A DNA stretch of 64,000 nt, taken from contig CBDCTK010000002.1 of NCBI GenBank assembly GCA_965222225.1, forward strand, positions 5,294,977 to 5,358,976. Reading direction: 5' to 3'. Under the pieces are notes generated by a model, which did not search any database, was not told the origin of the DNA, and worked only from the letters and a program-made list of their open reading frames with translations. A program made the position numbers and the translations under genes. Positions 60,027 through 64,000 of this stretch are shown piece by piece. This stretch comes from Candidatus Poribacteria bacterium. GTDB taxonomy: Bacteria; Poribacteria; WGA-4E; JAJDTR01. Within the stretch, counting starts at the first letter, position 1; each line of letters begins with the position of its first letter.

Positions 60027-60370
60027 AAGGCTTACGGGACTAGCACAACAGACTAGTTCCGCAACCCCTGCAGGACAAGTTTCCAGTTCGCCCCCGGAGA
60101 TCTGCCACTTAACTACGGAGGCATATAATACTGCTACAAGCGTTTCGCTCCAGCGGAGATCAAAGGAGTGAATAACGACTGCGATAGGGATCTTCCATTT
60201 TACCCTGTCTTAGTAGTCTATTCTCCAGCTAGTTAATACTTACGACTGCCACAAGAGACATGTTTCGCAACCCCTACGAGCCTTTACGCATAGCCAGTTC
60301 TAATCCGTGAAATCCTTTAATCCGATCAACTGACTGGACAAGGAAGGCGATAGGGAATCCTGATTCAGAC
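60027..60370. repeat. Tandem duplication of an intergenic block of about 170 bp, each copy ending in a GATCAA/GCGATAGGGA unit
   Basis: Copy 1 runs about 60027-60200 (ttaaggcttacgggactagcacaacagac…gcgatagggatcttcc). Copy 2 runs about 60234-60370 (ttaatacttacgactgccacaagagac…ggcgatagggaatcctg). Copy 1 also contains CGCTCCAGCGGA. Confidence 0.65.
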
Positions 60371-60594
60371 AATTAGTAAAATTCGCATGCCTCATACCTT
60401 ATACTTTTAACGAATCGACCACTGAGGTCAGTTGGGGACTTGGCTGAAGTAGCAGATGGGAGAAGACCATTACTGTTGATTGTCACTAATCTTGGACTCC
60501 GACACTCGCGGCGGTTTGACCTATCATATCAACGGCATGTTGAAGAAGGATGGGGAGTTTGTAGCGCTTGTAAATGGCATAAAGTAGGCAGGAA

Positions 60595-63500
60595 ATGAGG
60601 AAGCGAGGAAGGCGGAGTATTGAACTAGGAAGCAGGCAACGCAACCAGTCAAACCAAAGTTGGGGCATTCAATTCCACGTCTTGGGGTTCAACCTCTATC
60701 TTCCACATCGCGTCCTGCTCAGAGTTCATCACCTTCTGCCGAAGATATTCTCCTTCTATCATGTTGTCTCTTGTGCGTTTGGCAATGCACAACACCTGAT
60801 ATTACGAGTTTTTCTGAAGCCCGCGTTCTTGGTCGGGTTTGCTTGCCTATTCCTCCCGATTGATACCGTCCTCGCCCAAGTTCAATCCACCCCTCCAAAC
60901 GATGCAAGCGAAGTATCCACTTCCTCTCCAGAAGACCCATCTAAAACAGATGAAGCCGCGAATCTCTCGTTAACTGACGTAGAGAAATCTTCCACCGCCA
61001 GGCTGGATCCGAGGGGTACTGCGCCTGAGAAGGAAACCGTTATCGGAGACGGTGATAAGATGTTCATGTCAGATAACTTCGTCCAAATTCACGGCAACGC
61101 GTTGATAAAATCCGAAGATGTTGTACTATATGCCGATCACATCTGGGCAGATTTCGACGACAACATCATGCGCGCCACGGGAAATGTGAGGCTCATTGTC
61201 GGTAAAGAGGAGACTTTTGCCGATGAACTAATCTTTGATCTTGAAACGAAAAAAGGTATCGCACGCGATGGATTCACGTTTGATGATCCATGGTATTTTG
61301 GCGGCTCCGAAATCTTCAAGATTGAAGACGACGAGTCCTACATCCGCGGAGGCAGGTTGACAACCTGTTCCTTGAAGCAGCCGCATTTTTATTTCTCCGC
61401 ATCCCAAATCATCGTCAAAATCAATAAGGAGTTGATTGCTAAGAACATTGTGCTAAACGTCGGAGGGGTACCGCTTTTCTACTTCCCTCTAATTCGTCGT
61501 GACCTTCGAAAAAAGGACAAACTTGCCAAAATCATTGTTAAACTCGGCACCGATAGTTATCAAGGCCCCTACCTTAGTATCATTCTACCAGTTTTTCGCC
61601 ATTACCGGTATTCGGCGGAACTGCTGTTCGAGCAGAGCACCAGACGCGGTAGTGGAGGAGGAACGCAAGCCAAATACCGTGTGAACGATGTTAAATTCCA
61701 AGAACTTTTCATTCCGGTTCCGCCTGAAGCAACGCCGGGGCAGCGAGCGCAACTTAAGGAAAAGGCGGATGAACTTTCGGATCGCTTGCGAGGAGAATAC
61801 GATAGATTCAAGCTGCGCGAAGTTTTCTTGAAGTATCAAATCAAAGACATAGATATTGAACGGGCACGTGAGAGTGTTGAGACTGTATACAGCCAACTCC
61901 GGGAGGAAAACGTAGATTTCGGCGAGATTGCTCAGCAACAGTCAGACCATCAAGAATCGCGCTATCGGCAGGGCGATATGGGCTTCCTCGTCCCGGGCGA
62001 ACGCGACAAGGAAGGTAGGCTGAAGCTGGAACCCGCTCTTGAGCAAGTGGCGTTCCGTCTCCAGCCAGGCGAAATGAGCCCGATTCTGCGAACCGATTTT
62101 GCCTTTCACATTCTCAAGATAGACCAAGTGCTTGATATTTATGGGGAACGCGAAGTTCAAGTGCGGCGCATTGACATCGCTATCAAACCAAGCGAGGAAA
62201 CTCGAGACGCTATTCGAGCGGTCGGGAAAGAGCTTCAAGAGCGGGCAACCGCCGGTGAGCCGCTTGAAGGACTTGTCGCCGAATTCGATGGCGCCGAGAT
62301 AGATGTTGTAAATGGTGGAGAATTGACACACTTGAACGAAATGGATCAGCGGTGGCGACATTCGGTTCGACGCCTAAAGCAGCCCGGTGAAATTACGCTG
62401 CCAGTCAATACCGACCGGGGTGTCCATATCTTTCAACTGATTGAGAGGGAATCCACACCCACATTTGAACAGGTCGCTCGGCAATTTGAAGCGGAATGGG
62501 AAGTGCTAAAACAGGAATTGCCTGCCCTAGAAACAAAGCCGAATCCAGACAAGGATGAGGGAAGGTTTGAAAGTACAAGGCGTGTTGAAAGTTCCGCGTA
62601 TGCAAAAGGTGACTCGGACAGTGCCGAAGCTCTCTCGGAAGATGGAGAAGAGGAGGAAGAGATACAGGTCTATCAACAACACGGCTTCCGTGGCAAGTGG
62701 GAAGATCCGCAGGCAGTTGCGACGCAGGCACAAAGGCTTGATCGCGGAGAAACTAGCCGCGTCATCAAAGCCCCCGACGGATTTCGCCTGATAAAAGTGG
62801 AAAAAAAACGAGCCTATCGTGGCGATTTTCTATTCCTGTCCCAAGATAAATACTCGGGATCGCGCCGAGAGCCAATCAAAACCGGGCAACAATGGACAAT
62901 GCGATGGGGACACCATCATAAAATCTTTACGCCTTGGGATAATCGACAGGAGGGACGGAGTCCGTTGAGTTTCAACGGACGTATGGCATGGTATGCGAGA
63001 ACCTTCAAAGAGGGATACGGCACGCCCGAATCGACCATCAATTCCTTCGGGGTCTTCACATGGGGATCTGCCCTGACGGGGGTAGATTCTCATGACCTTG
63101 ATCCCGATGAGAATCTCAAATTTTCGCGCAAGCGATTTGGGTCTTTTCTCTCGCGCCTTGAGGTCAAACACACATTGGATCTCACGGGCGAAGGTACGAC
63201 AATTCTCCAGAAACTGCCCCAACTAACGATGCAATTTTCCCAAATGCAATTCGATCAACTTCCACTGTTCAAAACAGTCAATTCCGGGTTGACCAAGGCT
63301 GCCAAAAAACTGGATACGGATTTTCCAGTCCTTTCGATGTTTGCTTTTCCGACCCTCGACAATACACGCTTCGACCTTGACGTTGAATTTGGCAATTTCT
63401 TCAAGCAGCGATTCCGAGATGAAAGGGATATTTTCTTGCAAACGCTGGATCTTGGATTCGATCTTACAAAACAAACCACGATTCAGATAACGCCGTACCG

Positions 63501-64000
63501 AGAATTCCGCTTTGATTTGAGCTACGATAGCAACCTGATTTGGCATGCGAAAGATACTGAGGGCAATCGGAACATCATCCGTGGCGTTCATAGTTTGAGA
63601 GCGAGAGGCAGTAACACCCTGTTTAGAATTTATGACATCAGCTTTATCCCGGGTGCGCGACGCATGCGCCATCAAATCCAGTCGAGCCTTTCGTTTGATT
63701 ATCAACCCCCTGTCGACAGGGACAACAACCTATATCAATTTGCGCCAAGCACGTTCTTCTTTGAGAGAAAGAGGCTCTCCTATAATTTCCGTACCAGTTT
63801 TGAAGTAAAAACTCGGCGTAGCAAAAGACCCTTGTCCCTGCTTGATTTCGATACAAGGCTACGGGCAGATTTTAGCGAGAACACCGTGAGGGGGCGCACA
63901 TATGAACCAATCAGAAGCGACGTAACGATTACACCGTTGGCGAGCCGTAACCTACGAATTAGTTTTAACATGACCAACGACCCGAATCTAGATCCTGCAA
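60595..64000 (+). CDS. lptD: 3'-partial LptD/OstA-like outer-membrane protein with two parvulin (PpiC) domains inserted between the N-terminal OstA domain and the beta-barrel
   Basis: By manual translation, frame 1 is open from 60544 to the window end. It is absent from the ORF table only because no stop occurs. The OstA_N jellyroll (…NFVQIHGNALIKSEDVVLYADHIWADFDDNIMRATGNVRLIVGKEE…) is followed by the LptD hallmark (…RLTTCSLKQPHFYFSASQI…VPLFYFPL…). Two parvulin domains follow (…FKLREVFLKY…GDMGFLVPGE…FAFHILKIDQV…; …VQVRRIDIAIKPSEET…RGVHIFQLIE…). After those come beta-strand-rich, barrel-like repeats. The start codon is uncertain; the first in-frame ATG is at 60595. Confidence 0.6.
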   Translation, partial: MRKRGRRSIELGSRQRNQSNQSWGIQFHVLGFNLYLPHRVLLRVHHLLPKIFSFYHVVSCAFGNAQHLILRVFLKPAFLVGFACLFLPIDTVLAQVQSTPPNDASEVSTSSPEDPSKTDEAANLSLTDVEKSSTARLDPRGTAPEKETVIGDGDKMFMSDNFVQIHGNALIKSEDVVLYADHIWADFDDNIMRATGNVRLIVGKEETFADELIFDLETKKGIARDGFTFDDPWYFGGSEIFKIEDDESYIRGGRLTTCSLKQPHFYFSASQIIVKINKELIAKNIVLNVGGVPLFYFPLIRRDLRKKDKLAKIIVKLGTDSYQGPYLSIILPVFRHYRYSAELLFEQSTRRGSGGGTQAKYRVNDVKFQELFIPVPPEATPGQRAQLKEKADELSDRLRGEYDRFKLREVFLKYQIKDIDIERARESVETVYSQLREENVDFGEIAQQQSDHQESRYRQGDMGFLVPGERDKEGRLKLEPALEQVAFRLQPGEMSPILRTDFAFHILKIDQVLDIYGEREVQVRRIDIAIKPSEETRDAIRAVGKELQERATAGEPLEGLVAEFDGAEIDVVNGGELTHLNEMDQRWRHSVRRLKQPGEITLPVNTDRGVHIFQLIERESTPTFEQVARQFEAEWEVLKQELPALETKPNPDKDEGRFESTRRVESSAYAKGDSDSAEALSEDGEEEEEIQVYQQHGFRGKWEDPQAVATQAQRLDRGETSRVIKAPDGFRLIKVEKKRAYRGDFLFLSQDKYSGSRREPIKTGQQWTMRWGHHHKIFTPWDNRQEGRSPLSFNGRMAWYARTFKEGYGTPESTINSFGVFTWGSALTGVDSHDLDPDENLKFSRKRFGSFLSRLEVKHTLDLTGEGTTILQKLPQLTMQFSQMQFDQLPLFKTVNSGLTKAAKKLDTDFPVLSMFAFPTLDNTRFDLDVEFGNFFKQRFRDERDIFLQTLDLGFDLTKQTTIQITPYREFRFDLSYDSNLIWHAKDTEGNRNIIRGVHSLRARGSNTLFRIYDISFIPGARRMRHQIQSSLSFDYQPPVDRDNNLYQFAPSTFFFERKRLSYNFRTSFEVKTRRSKRPLSLLDFDTRLRADFSENTVRGRTYEPIRSDVTITPLASRNLRISFNMTNDPNLDPA

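Noticed and set aside
2131-60360. I considered whether the intergenic repeat arrays could be CRISPR arrays.
   Set aside because: Units are only about 19-21 bp, highly degenerate and directly abutting. There are no constant-length unique spacers, no leader/cas context, and the arrays occur at a dozen or more loci.
143-63977. Numerous 60-150-aa ORFs in the track overlap the long genes on the opposite strand or in other frames, for example 2464..2934, 11695..12219, 13848..14231, 35009..35557, 36656..37153, 53137..53733 and 56148..56825.
   Set aside because: They lie entirely inside well-supported longer genes and have low-complexity or R/S/P-rich composition typical of antisense or off-frame translation. 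I treat them as spurious.

Overview
The window reads as a bacterial chromosomal segment, probably from an uncultivated, metagenome-derived lineage. Housekeeping genes run through an unusually repeat-rich and decayed accessory background.

Housekeeping and metabolic genes I can support from sequence: uvrB, mfd, lgt, dprA, a leuB-like dehydrogenase, a prepilin peptidase with a pilin-like gene and a sigma54-type regulator, three SurA-like chaperones, an acyl-CoA ligase, a creatininase-family gene, a sulfite reductase, and a block of catabolic enzymes (NHL propeller, BKACE, SDR, Zn-ADH, TIM barrel).

Accessory and decay content:
- A HepT/MntA toxin-antitoxin pair sits next to the remains of an OLD-family ATPase/TOPRIM nuclease. 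That nuclease is split by a frame break and by a 259-bp MITE-like insertion with perfect 15-bp terminal inverted repeats.
- Short remnants of another gene lie beside the HepT/MntA pair.
- A BrnT/BrnA pair, a HicB-like gene, a NERD-domain nuclease-like gene and two tandem paralogous 2-TM membrane proteins lie between a ThiF/MoeB E1-like gene and a sulfite reductase that is fused to a TusA-like domain.
- A complete IS1595-family element with an 8-bp target duplication is present.

The most striking sequence-level signal is a dense, modular family of short intergenic repeats at more than a dozen loci (modules below; the hairpin element is a distinct second family):
- arrays built on a GCGATAG-N3-ATCC core
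- GATCAA-NCGA-NTGAA units
- a nested-palindrome element CTGTAGGAGCGATCTCCCGATCGCGACC
- two further leader modules

The 3' end of the window carries an open-ended ORF of more than 1100 aa. It looks like an LptD/OstA outer-membrane protein with two parvulin (SurA-like) domains inserted between the N-terminal jellyroll and the barrel.

Two caveats: all calls rest on by-eye motif recognition and manual translation with no database search, and coordinates near 3781-3840 may be off by about 10 nt because that printed sequence line is short.
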